Below are positions 12,038 to 23,555 of a stretch of 64,000 bases of DNA, piece after piece. The translations under genes were made by a program, and so were the position numbers. The notes beneath the pieces are model-generated. The model did not search any database, had not been told where the DNA came from, and saw nothing but the letters and a program-made list of their open reading frames with translations. Every line of letters starts with the position of its first letter. Position 1 is the first letter of the stretch. Source of the DNA: Leucoraja ocellata (Eukaryota); NCBI GenBank assembly GCA_036785375.1, contig JAWMAR010000102.1:4030001-4094000 (forward strand), in the 5' to 3' direction.

Positions 12038-12873
12038 GTAAGACATACTTTGTTTGTAGTAATAACTTTTAACAAGTTCAGATATGTCGCAAGGGTTTAA
12101 AAGTTCCCGGTTAAGGGCTAGTGTCAAAGGGTCCAAGATGGAGTATTTGATGGTGTGCTGGTACTCATTAATGTCTGCCTTGGTCAGCGAGAAATGTCCC
12201 AATATTGGCACAGTTCTTTCAAATTGCACTTGTGATTATTTAGCTTGTAAAGCATGGAGAGCGTTGAGAGTTACAATTTGATTCTGCAGCATTGGGTTCA
12301 TGGACCTGCTTTCTTTAACCCCAATTGTTTTGCATGTTCATGTCATTGGAAATATAAATGTATTCCTTAATCCCCAATAAAATGTGATGTGGTTTTATCC
12401 TTCTGAAAACAATTCCTTCTTATAGTACCTAATGGATGTATTGTACGTTATTACTCCATTTTAGAAGGTTCTTTGTTGTTCAAATTAAATAGACAAAAAA
12501 ACCTGGTGAGAGATTTCTGGGTGTGCAGCCCTTTCTTGCACTGTTTTGAACAACTTGCCACTTAAGTAAAGATAAAATGTGATCACACTTATTAACTTCA
12601 CTACAGTTTGTAGGAAGGATAGCTACGGAAAAGGTGGAAGGTCGGTCAGCATTTTGTGTGAGATTATTGTCACATTCGTATTGGTTGAAACACGCCTACT
12701 TCAGGAGATAACCATTTAATTAGTAGCATTGCAAAGGCTATGGTCTGATCTATTGCCGAGTGGTCACATGCACCTTCGAGAACCTGGGAATCCCAATTCT
12801 TCATCCTATTAGTATTAATGTTTTCATTTTAACCATTTAGGAAAAAGCGGGTCTCTGGTAGATAAAACTCTTA

Positions 12874-13307
12874 AGGGCCTGTCCCACGAGCATGCGACTG
12901 CGTGCGGCAAGCGCGACCTAACGTGGTCGCTTGAACCGTACGGCCTAGCGGGTCCGGTCCCACTTCGATCGCCGGAGCCGTATGGAGTTGTGCGTAGCTG
13001 GTCCCGACATCTCGCGGGGCTCCGAAAAACTGACACTGTCCAAAAGTGCCGCGTGGTAACGGCCTGCCGGCCCGAAGCCGCATTGAGGCCGTACACAACG
13101 CCTTGACGGGTGTGCGCAGTGTCTCAACACCGTATGCAGCGTCTTGATGCCGTGTGCAACATCTTGAAGCCGTATGCCTTCGCTCGAACTTCATGTCAAC
13201 TCGTACGGGATCACTCGACCTCCACGCGGCCCCTGCTTCCGGTTTGGTCGCGCTTGCCGCATGCAGGCGCTTGCCGCATGCAGGCGCATGCTTGTGGGAC
13301 AGGCCCT
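12874..13307. mobile_element. Non-autonomous PIF/Harbinger-like DNA transposon with TTA TSD
   Basis: TTA|AGGGCCTGTCCCACGAGCATGCG ... CGCATGCTTGTGGGACAGGCCCT|TTA; long imperfect TIRs; GC-rich; no transposase. Confidence 0.88.
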
Positions 13308-14036
13308 TTAATGATTAACTTGAGGTGCATGACAACTAACTGAAACATCATGTAAACATTATATGATTCCTTGGACATCACTGTTGATATGTATAGGCTA
13401 AAGAGAAAAATTAGGTACCAATATAGACAAAAAAAAAAGGTTTCATGAAAAATAAAAAGTCAATTTGAACTGTAGTAAACTTCCTTTTGCTCCCCATCGT
13501 TTAGTGTGCTTTGATTATTTGTCACCCAAGAGTGATAAAAATAGAAATGTTTTCCAATGCCTGGCTTTCATTTCAGCTCTGGAATGACAATATTTTTACC
13601 TTGCGTGTGTGAGCACCTTTTGGAGAGTCCAAGATCACTGGTCCGCTGGACTACTTTAGACTTGCTTTATAAACAGTCACAGAGTTTGAAACCAACAACA
13701 TGCACGATTGCTGTGATTCTCGATTAAATTACTATCAACCCACATTTATACTATTATGTGAAAAGGGTTTTTTCATTTAAAAAAAATCTCTTCTGTATTT
13801 ACTTGTAAATCTTCCCATTGTTGTGCAAGTTGTACTTCTTGTATCTTGACCTTTGGATGGTGCTTAATTTAGTTGTGGCCCCTTCTTAACCGATGTGATC
13901 ATAAAACAATCTGACTAAAGTTTTAAGTCTCCAGAAAAGATGCAAATGCCCAAGGCAGGATCTATATCAGTTATCAAAGTGACAATACCAAAATACAAGT
14001 ACCGTTCTTACAGCTCAAACTTGTTTTTAATTTTAG

Positions 14037-14146
14037 ATGGTACAAATGCTTGTTGCCAATGGGGCAAATTCAATCTGGGAGCACACCCTGCTGGATCCTA
14101 CATCAGTGAGTGGAAAGCGCAAGGCCAGCCCTCAGGATAAATTACA
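14037..14146 (+). CDS. GIT2: GIT2 coding exon 3 (ArfGAP)
   Basis: ttttag|ATGGTA...TTACA|gtgagt; MVQMLVANGANSIWEHTLLDPTSVSGKRKASPQDKL(H); 110 nt; phase consistent. Confidence 0.95.
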
Positions 14147-15426
14147 GTGAGTATACCCGATTCTGGTTGGAGCATGTATTACATACAGAATCGCACCAAT
14201 GTAACAAGTAGATTTGAGACCCAAAACACCACCCATTCCTTCTCTCCAGAGATGCTGCCAGTCCCGCTGAGTTACTTCAGCATTTTGTGTCTATCTTCGG
14301 TTTAAACCAGCATTTGCAGTTCCTTCCTACACATGCTTTACTTCCTCTTTTACCCAGCCTACAATTTAAATATTTATTTTACTGCTTCCATGCTTTGTCC
14401 ACTTTTGCTTTAACCAACCGTACCCAATAACTCCCAGTTGACCTATATTCTTGACTCCCACCTTTCTGGATGGCCAGCAGGGATGGATCATCCTCTTTGT
14501 CACCCACCGGCTACTATTCCACTATGCCCGTAGCGTTTGAGGTATTTAGAGAGGCACATGAAGATACAGGCAATGGGAGGACATGAATCATATGCAGGCT
14601 GCTGGGGTTAGTTTAATTTGGCTTGGTTGTTAGCACAGGTATCACGGGTCGAAAGGCCTGTTGCTTTGTAATGCTGTTCTATTTTGTGGAACAGTTTATG
14701 TGGAGACTGATTAAGGTCTCACAGCTCCAGCAACTCTCATTCAATCCTGCCCTCAAACTGTCTGCATGGTTTTCCTGTGACCCTGTTGATTCCCCCCAAG
14801 TGTTCAGTTTCTCTCCGATGCTCCAGAGATAATTGGCTACTGCAAATCGTCCTTCGTGTGTAGGGGAATGCTGGGGGGAGTTGATAGGGATGAGGGGAGA
14901 TAAAAAGAACAGGTGCTATAATAGGATTAGTGAAAGATTTGTAAATAGGTGCCTGATGTTGGCATAGACTCTGTAGACTGAAGGGCCTACTTCTATGCTC
15001 GCTGTTCTTGCCATTGCTCTAACGTTTCTATATGGGTGCCTGACATAGGAATGTGTTCCATCTTTCCCCCACAGGTACGAGCCATCATTAACCATAATCT
15101 GCCTCTCAGTTATTTTTTGACGTTCCCAATATTTTCAAATGCAGTATAGTTTTAAAAGCACAATGTAGAAACAAAGACATACAGATGCTGGTTAATACAC
15201 AAAACGGCTTTAAGTGCTGGAGTATCTCTGAAGATCAGGCAGCATCTCTGGAGAACGTGGATAGGTGACATTTCGAGACGGGACCCTTCTGCTGACCCGA
15301 AACGTCACCTATCCAGAGATGCTTCCTGACCTGCTCAGTTACTCCAGCACTTTGTGTTGTTTAAAGTTTAAAACACATGCTTACTTCCTTGATTATATGG
15401 TTAACTTTTTCATTTTCATCATTCAG

Positions 15427-15532
15427 TCCAAATAAAGCAGAATTCATCCGAGCCAAATATTCGATGCTGGCATTTGTCCATCGTTTGCCTTGCCGTGAGG
15501 ATGACAGTGTTGCAGCCAAAGACCTGAGCAAA
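15427..15532 (+). CDS. GIT2: GIT2 coding exon 4 (end of ArfGAP)
   Basis: ttcag|TCCAAAT...AGCAAA|gtaagc; PNKAEFIRAKYSMLAFVHRLPCREDDSVAAKDLSK; PNKAEF/HRL/DSV resemble GIT2 rather than GIT1. Confidence 0.96.
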
Positions 15533-18223
15533 GTAAGCATCATTGCAGAAGACGTTAACTAATAAAAGACTGGTGCTATTCCTTTGCAGAACTATGCAAA
15601 TGTATTTTTGTTGTGATATTTTATTTAAAGTGCAGCTATTGCAACCCTTCGGTCTTGCAATGAAATCATTCATCTATTTTCAGTGCTTATGCATATGCCT
15701 CCATTTGGCAATGTTGCTTTTAATGGTATGATAATGAATTTCTATTTTTCACTGACGTTGTCAAATGTGAAAATTATAATTAAAACTATTTAAGCTAATG
15801 GACTTCGGTTCTTTCATCACAGAGTCAAAATTATCTTTAACCAGACAGTGGTTGACAATGGGGATTGGACCTTACCACGGCTATCTTGAGAGTGATAGGG
15901 ATGAGTATTAACCTCGTCCGCAATTATCTGTTTCATGACTTAAGAATTTGACTTCAGTGTGGTAGTAAATTTTATATCATGTTTAAAGTAAAGGCATAAC
16001 ATTAAGATTAAAATGGGGTAGAATATAAATGGGGATGACGTTTGGATTTTCACAATTGTGTATAATGGAGGTTAATATACATGTATTCAAGCTAGGGTGC
16101 GGGAACTACAGTACATATTCAATGGTGAATGAGAAATTGAACAATGTTTTACTATACTGCTTCTTTCATATTAGTTAGAGCTGTGGAAGAGGAGATGGCA
16201 TTGAAATTTAGAGGAATTGGCTTTATTTGGTCATTATAATGGGGAGTGGTGTAGCTGGTAGAGCTGCTGCCTCACAGCACCAGAGACCCAGATTGCTGTC
16301 TGTGTGGAGTTTGTACCTTCCCCCTGTGACCGTGTTGCTTTGTTCCCACGTCCCAAAGACGTGTGGGTTTGTAATTGTAAATTGTCTGTGGGTCAAAGTG
16401 CCTGTTTCTATGCTGCATTCCTGAACTAAATTATTATGCTTCAAAATGTGCTTTCTTGATTTGATGTTTTTTAGTGGGTTGATAGTGTTGGGAATTTATT
16501 ATATCAGCAAATGAATCAATATTTTGACCTGTCCTGACAAGCCAGTAGACAAATGTTATGCGAGAATAAAGTTCCTCTTGTGCAATGATTTTTTTTTTAA
16601 ATGAAGCTCATCATTCACTGAGTGCGTAAAAGGGAAATTGTTAGTTTATTTTCTAATAGAAATGTGTAAATTAAATACTTAGTTTTGCTACCAGAGTTCA
16701 TTAGAAATGAATGCTTTTATCACATGGCATAGAATCTCCCAATCCTCAACAATTGGGATTGGGGGGGGAAAGGGAGAAATTTAGGAACTGAACCCCCAAA
16801 TATTGTTTTTTTGAATAACAAGGATGAAAAATATGAAAATGTAATATGGTCATTTTCTTCTTGCATTCGATTTGGATTAAAATTGAATTGAGTGGCATGC
16901 TGCACACCTTCCTCTGTTGCGTCAGTCTTTGACTTTATGGTCTTCGACAATGATAGTCAATAGCATAAAAGAGAACAAGAGAGGTTATTGAGCTCCTGTG
17001 CTGTGCCTTTTTCTTTGGCAATTCCCATTTTTTTCTGCGTCATCATTTACTCTGCAGTCTGATGGCTAAGGTTCTTCAATTCATCTTTGAGAAGGTATTT
17101 TGGAGCTTTTTTTAAAATAAAAAAAAATGTTTATACCTTGTAATTCCCATGTAAATTTTCATGCAAATACAGCTTCTAAAAATGTTTCTTTTCATGTCCT
17201 GACTTAGATATTGCACAATAGATTGCAGCTGAGCTGATTTCTTAACTTGATATTTATGCGCAAGCACAGGCTTGCACACTTTCCTTTTAGTAGAGGTTAT
17301 TTGTCTAATAAATTAATTCCAAAAGGATGTTCTTTCCAAGTGAGAGAAAAGTCTAATTGATGTATTGTCAACTAAAAGGATGGAAGAAAGATCTAAGTGT
17401 GTATTGCCCTTCACAATTCATCACTTTGCAAATGCTTTGGTGCCAATGAAGTACTTTTGGCGTGTAGTCAGATATAATGTAGAAGATTATTAAAATACCC
17501 TTTTAATTGGATGATGAAAAGGAAATAAAAACTGAATGCACTAAATTTGTTGTACTAGTATGGACCTAAAAGCTCCTTATGTGGTCTGTCTGCAAAATTA
17601 AAATATATTAAATCATTTTCAAAAATGCGTCTTGCTGAGGAAATGCAGCAGGAAAAGTGTTCTTAACGTCTGTCAAATGGACAGGAGAAATTTGATTTTT
17701 TTTTTCTACTTTATTAATAGATTTGTTAAAATAAAACGGCAATTAATTATGGCAGTCTGACGCAGATTTTAATGTGGCAATAAGAAATCCTGATCTCTTG
17801 GTATTGCTTCCATTGTCTGCCCAAATCTGTGTGAGAAATTCTATTAAAGTGGGATTTAAAAAGAGCACCTGTTCTTCTTAAATCAACCCATTATGAGGAA
17901 TGTCCATAACTTTATTTTTGGCAACAGTGGATTAATGAGCTTCCACTATTGGGTATGAGGAGGTGAATATCAGATGGTCTTCTGTAATATGTAATGTAAT
18001 TCAAAATATCTTGTGACTACATTGAAAAAGCAGCTCCTCACAAAGCAGACTGGCCTTGCCCATTTGATTTCAGGGATTAAATGACTCAAATAACCAATCC
18101 AAAGATCAGCTACATATAATATACTTATCTTGAGGCTTTCTTTTTATGTGTTTATAAATGACACAGTTAATTTAGTGTTACCTGTTATATGAGTGAGTTT
18201 CTGATATTTTCTTTTTATTTCAG

Positions 18224-18310
18224 CAATTACACTCAAGTGTGCGGACAGGGAATTTGGAGACCTGCTTACGACTCCTCTCGTTAGGAGCCCAAGCAAATTT
18301 CTTTCACCCT
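18224..18310 (+). CDS. GIT2: GIT2 coding exon 5 (ankyrin repeat)
   Basis: tttcag|CAATTA...CACCCT|gtaagt; QLHSSVRTGNLETCLRLLSLGAQANFFHP; 87 nt. Confidence 0.96.
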
Positions 18311-19754
18311 GTAAGTGTTCAGTGTAACTATTCTTAGTTACCATTATTGGGTCTTTGGCCTAAATTGTTAATTCTATTTCTCTTCACAGAGATGCGGTCA
18401 GATCTGCCGTGGATGTCCAGCATTGTCTGATTTTATTATACCATTAATGGTTTTGTATATGATTTGGATTACTCAGCATTTGATATTGAAATCATAAAAT
18501 AACACAGCATGGAAACAGGCCATTTGGCCCAACTTGTCCACACTAACCAGTGGGGCCCCTTTTCACACTATAATCGTTGCCCAGCTCAGGGTCCATAGCC
18601 CACTGTGTCTAAGCGATTCAAGTGTTCATCTAGACACCTAAATGGTGTCAACAACCCAGCTTCAACCGCTCTCTGGGTGAAGAATGTCCCCTCGGATTCT
18701 CCTCTGAATCTCTTTTTCTCCCTTAAACATTTCTATCAAACTCAGCTGTGGGAAAATTCCTGACGTCTACCCTATCCATACTCAGAAATGTATATACCCA
18801 AATCATTTCTCCCCCTTAACCTCTGCTCCCCAGTGAGAAGAGAACTAGAGTTGTTGCATAACTGACCTGCTCTATCCCAGGCAACATTCTAGTGATTTTT
18901 TTTCCTGCCCCCTCTCCTTCACAGACGCACCCCTCTTAAACCTTGGTGACCAGAACTGCACAAGATACTCCAGCTGTTGTCTGACCAAGCTGAAGCATAA
19001 CCTCCCTACTTCTGTATTTACATCCCCGTCTTATGAAGAACATTATCCCATATGCTTTCCCACCTATGTTGTTTACGTTTGTTGCCATCTTCAAGGATGT
19101 AAGGTAATCCAAGATCCAATCAAGCGCTTGTGCATTATTGAATTAAAGTAACATCCTAAATTGTGATATGGTATGAGGAAGTGAATTGCAAAATACCAAA
19201 CCTACACTTAAAAGACGAACTCTCACTCGTATCTCTGAAGGGAGAAAGTTTTCCCCACACCCATTTTGAACTGAGTGGTTTATTCTTCATATCCATTGAA
19301 TTGGGTTGAGAAGCTATTCCATTGACTTTAATCTTGTGCTTACTAAGTATGTGCAATAAAAGCAGCTTTGCCAATATCACCCTCTGTATTGTATAGAAGT
19401 TATTTTTGTAGCCATGATCATATTGAATGGCGGTGCAGGCTCAAAGGGCCGAATGGCCTACTCCTGCACCTAATTTCTATGTTTCTATGTAGAAAACTAT
19501 ATCTATTGTTCGAGAAAGAACTGCAGATGCTGGATAAAATCTAAGATAGACACAAAATGCTGGAGTAACTCAGCGGATGAAGCTAAAGAAGGGTATCGAT
19601 CCGAAATGTCACCCATTTCTTCTCTCCATAGATGCTGCCTCATCACTGAGTTACTCTAGCTTTTTATGTCTACCTTATACCTTTTGTTTGACATAAACTT
19701 AATAAATAACTAAAACTGTTTCAATGCTTTTTTTAAATTCCTGTTGCATTTTAG

Positions 19755-19885
19755 GAGAAAGGAAACACTCCTCTTCATGTAGCAAGCAAAGGAGGACAGA
19801 TTCTACAGGCAGAGCTGCTAGCAGTATATGGTGCTGATCCCGGTGCCCCTGATGCCAATGGCAAGACTCCAAGCGACAATGCAAG
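19755..19885 (+). CDS. GIT2: GIT2 coding exon 6 (ankyrin repeats)
   Basis: ttttag|GAGAAA...GCAAG|gttagc; EKGNTPLHVASKGGQILQAELLAVYGADPGAPDANGKTPSDNA(R); 131 nt. Confidence 0.96.
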
Positions 19886-20304
19886 GTTAGCTAACTGAGA
19901 AAACCCTATAAGTTCCCTCTCTTTTTGGCAGAGAAAACGTTACCCAACCTCACTGTCAAATGAATTGTTTTCCGGGATGCATTGTTATGAAATATTGAAG
20001 GCCATCTTGTACAACATTGGATCCATTACCATTTAAAAAAAAATGTCGGGTTAATAATCATCTTTATGAACTTTCGAATGATTTCTAATTCAAATTCTGC
20101 AGATTTATTTGTTTCGAAGTCAGATCTTTCATGGTGAAGTAAAGCTTTTGAGTTGAAATACAAATGATTTGATTGAAGTTATTTAGAGTTTAATAGTTTA
20201 TATTTAAATATTTTTGAGTTTGATTGTTTACTGAAAAAATATTTCAGGCTCACATTGAGTGTTATCTGAAGACTTTATGACATCAAGCTGTTGTTAAATC
20301 AAGT

Positions 20305-21550
20305 ACAGCTCGGCATTCAACACCACCACCGCTAAACTCCTTATCAAGCTTGGAAAACTGGGTCTCTGCACATCCCAATGTAATTGAATCCTCGACCTCC
20401 CAATCGAAAAACCACTATTAGTACAAATTGGGAACAACAGGTCCTCCTTAATAACCATTAATGCAGGACCATCTCAAGGTTGAGTGTGCTCAGCTCCTTT
20501 CTCCAGTCTCTATGCCATTGACTGTAGCCATATTGAATAAATAATAGGCCATAGTGAGTCAGAGTACACAAGAGTGATCGATGGTCTGAATAGTGCTAGA
20601 ACAACAATCTTCCTCTCAAAGGTAGACAAAAGTGCTGGAGAAACTCAGCGGGTGCGGCAGCATCTATGGAGCGAAAGAAATAGGCAACGTTTCGCCCCGA
20701 AACGTTGCCTATTTCCTTCGCTCCATAGATGCTGCCGCACCCGCTGAGTTTCTCCAGCACTTTTGTCTACATTCGATTTTTCCAGCATCTGCAGTTCCTT
20801 CTTAAAAATCTTGCTCTCAATGTTAGCAAAATCAAGTTGCTCATTGTTTAGTTCAGGAAAGGAAAACAGAGGGTCCATAATCTATTTATTCATTCATAGA
20901 CGGGACAGCAGCGGAGAATGTCATGTGCTTCATGTTTCTGGATGTACATATTCTGAAGATCTGTTCTGGGTTCAGTGCATTTGATGCAATCACACAAAAA
21001 GCTCACCAATGCCTCTACTTCCTTAAAAGGTTGAGGAGATTTGGTATGTCGCTAAATGCTCTATCGAACTTCTGCAGATGTACACTAGAGAGTACACTGG
21101 CTGCATCATGGTCTGGTTCGGGAATGAAGGGGACTCCATGAACTGGTAGACATCCTTCCCACCATCAAAGGGATCTACAGAAAGCGCTGCCTCAAAGGCA
21201 GGCAATAACATCAAAGATCAACACCAACCATGGCCACTCTCTTATCTCGCCACTTCCATTAGGAGGAAAGCACTGGAGCCTGAAAACCGTGACCACTAAG
21301 TTCAGGAACAGTTTCTTGCCAGCAACTATCAGTCACTTAAATACTGCATCATGAAAGACTACCTCAGCAACTGATCTTCAATGGAGTTTGTTTTGGTTGC
21401 ACTAAGGATGTGGGTTTTGTACTGGTATGACTAGAATTACTGATTATTAATTTATTGAATTATAAATATATTTCTGTGTTAAATGGCCTGTTAGGATGCA
21501 GCAAATAATAATTTCAGTGTTCTGTTGCCCTTACCTATGAAAATTAAACG
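20305..21550 (+). mobile_element. Degenerate Rex1/Babar-type fragment interrupted by a nested palindromic element
   Basis: SAFNT-like remnant at about 20310 and DAITQKAHQCLYFLKRLRRFGM...KFRNSFLPA; split at 20620-20806 by an insertion. Confidence 0.72.
20620..20806. repeat. Palindromic Penelope-tail-derived short element (73-bp inverted arms)
   Basis: 20622-20694 is the reverse complement of 20698-20770 except for 1 mismatch; flanked by the direct repeat AATCTT(C/G)CTCTCAA. Confidence 0.88.
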
Positions 21551-22175
21551 CTTGACTATTGAAATGACAATAAACATTTGTGTCATAATCTTTGAAATAA
21601 TTCAAATCAAATATGTTTTTGATGACATTTATTCTGTGGAGTACAGGAAGAAAAGCAAGGATATGTAGTTCAAGTATCCAGTCCTGGTGTGAATCTTGAC
21701 AAATTATTTCTGCATTTACATTTCTAAGATAACATAAAGATGTACGGCAAAGGAGAGACTATGTTAACCAATGTGTGAGTTCTTTCAAAGACCTGTCCAC
21801 TTAGTGACAATAACATGCTCATTTGCTCAGTCCATAAAAAATAAATCCTAATCTGCTGTCATCATTTAAATCCTGGGGGAAACCATTTCACCTTGACCAC
21901 CATCTTAAAACCCCTCGTAACTTTTAACAACTGATAATTATAGGATAAAATAGGTTTTGTTAGTAATAGTCTCAGTTCACGGAAGAATGTGATTTATCTG
22001 TTTTAGCACCTGTTAATGTGGTATGCAAGTTACTGTTTTAGTAATGACAATATATAATTGCATTGATCCTGCAAATTTTGATTATATCTACCTTTTTGTG
22101 ATTGAAACATGGACATTCAAATTTAAATCGTACTCTTTCTGCTGTGACTGACAAAATGATGTCTTTATTTTGTAG

Positions 22176-22270
22176 GCAAGCAGGACACCATGAGCTCGCA
22201 GATCGTTTGGTAGAAATCCAGTACGAACTCACCGATAGACTAGCCTTCTTTCTCTGTGGAAGGAAACCAG
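22176..22270 (+). CDS. GIT2: GIT2 coding exon 7
   Basis: tgtag|GCAAGCA...AACCAG|gtaggt; QAGHHELADRLVEIQYELTDRLAFFLCGRKP; 95 nt. Confidence 0.96.
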
Positions 22271-22282
22271 GTAGGTTATAAA

Positions 22283-22462
22283 CACGAAAAGCTGGAGTAA
22301 CTCAGTGGGATAGGCAACATCTCTGGAGAGAAGGAATGGGCCTAGGTCTCAACCCAAAACGTCACCCATTCCTTCTCACCAGAGATGCTGCCTGTCCCGC
22401 TGAGTTACTCCAGCTTTTTGTGTCTACCGTTTAAATCAGCATCTGCAGTTCCTTCTTACACG
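22283..22462. repeat. Palindromic Penelope-tail-derived short element next to the exon 7 donor
   Basis: AAAAGCTGGAGTAACTCAGTGGGATAGGCAACATCTCTGGAGAGAAGGAATGGG ... CCCATTCCTTCTCACCAGAGATGCTGCCTGTCCCGCTGAGTTACTCCAGCTTTT; same family at about 9400-9525, 15170-15360, 19515-19675, 31363-31565. Confidence 0.8.
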
Positions 22463-22954
22463 GGTAGGTATAAAAGTGCTTTGGAGAATCCTGATGGATT
22501 TTCTCACAGTTTATAGAAAAATGCAATTCTAACCAATATTTGCCCAAGGGCTCCTCTGCAGAATGCAGTTTGACGTACCATGGAATGCGGGATGCAAGCC
22601 TGCACCTGTGTTTCTAGTGCATCAAACAACTAATTATATAATACAGCAGTGTTTACAAAATATAGGCCAAGCATATCCTCCACAGAAATAATTTATGATT
22701 CTAGCAAATAATTCCACCCCTTTTCTGTGTGATAAGAGCAAAGGGCGCATTAGGGGCAAGTGGGCAGAAATTAGAAGACAAATAAGATAAGGTGGGGAAG
22801 AAAATTTACATGTTGAGGAATGTTTTGAAACAAGAAGAGAAAGGACACAGTGCATTTATAGGCTGTGTTAAATTGACTGCAGCAAACGTTTTGATATGTC
22901 TTGCACTCATTTTTTCATGGTAAGATTTTTCTACTAAATAATCTATTTGGAAGT

Positions 22955-23270
22955 TCGAAGAGCAGAATTAGGCCATTCGGCCCATCAAGTCTACTCCCCC
23001 ATTCAATCATGGCTGATCTATCCTTCCCTCTCAGCCCCATTCTCCTGTCTTCTCCCATAACCCTTGACACCCATGCTAATCAAGAATCTGTCAGCCTCTG
23101 CCTTAAAATTAGCCAATGACTTGGCCTCCGCAATCGCCTGAGGCAATGAATTCCACAGATTCGCCACCCTCTGACAAAAGAAATCCATCCACATCTCCTT
23201 TTATTCTGAGGCCATGGCCTCTGGTCCTAGACCCTCTCACTAGTGGAAGCATCCTCTCCACATCCTGGTA
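22955..23270 (-). mobile_element. CR1-clade LINE 3' fragment
   Basis: AGGCCATTCGGCCCATC...CCATTCAATCATGGCTGATCT...GAATTCCACAGATTC; the reverse complement encodes a VNLWNSLP-like CR1 C-terminus; similar pieces at about 18490-19060, 25180-25690, 26330-26660, 38385-38530, 39170-39415, 45610-46030, 47870-48720. Confidence 0.75.
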
Positions 23271-23509
23271 TCCACTCCACATCCACGGGTACCATTGGTT
23301 ACAGCATAGAAACAGTGCACAACGAGGACTCTTAGCTATTTAAAGTTGCTACGTTTGCACGCACTAGCTGATTCATGCTGGTGCGATTGGCAGCTTCTGA
23401 TTTGGTTTCTTGTTGTTTATCATAATTTTGCACATGTATACAGTTTCATCATGCCCACTCTGCTTTTATTTAAAACGTAGCACTATTCAAGTATCTTGTT
23501 CCATTCCAG

Positions 23510-23555
23510 ATCACAAAAATGGACAGCACTTCATAATTCCACAGATGGCTGAGAG
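23510..23555 (+). CDS. GIT2: GIT2 coding exon 8
   Basis: ttccag|ATCACAAA...GAGAG|gtgagc; (D)HKNGQHFIIPQMAE(S); 46 nt. Confidence 0.94.
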
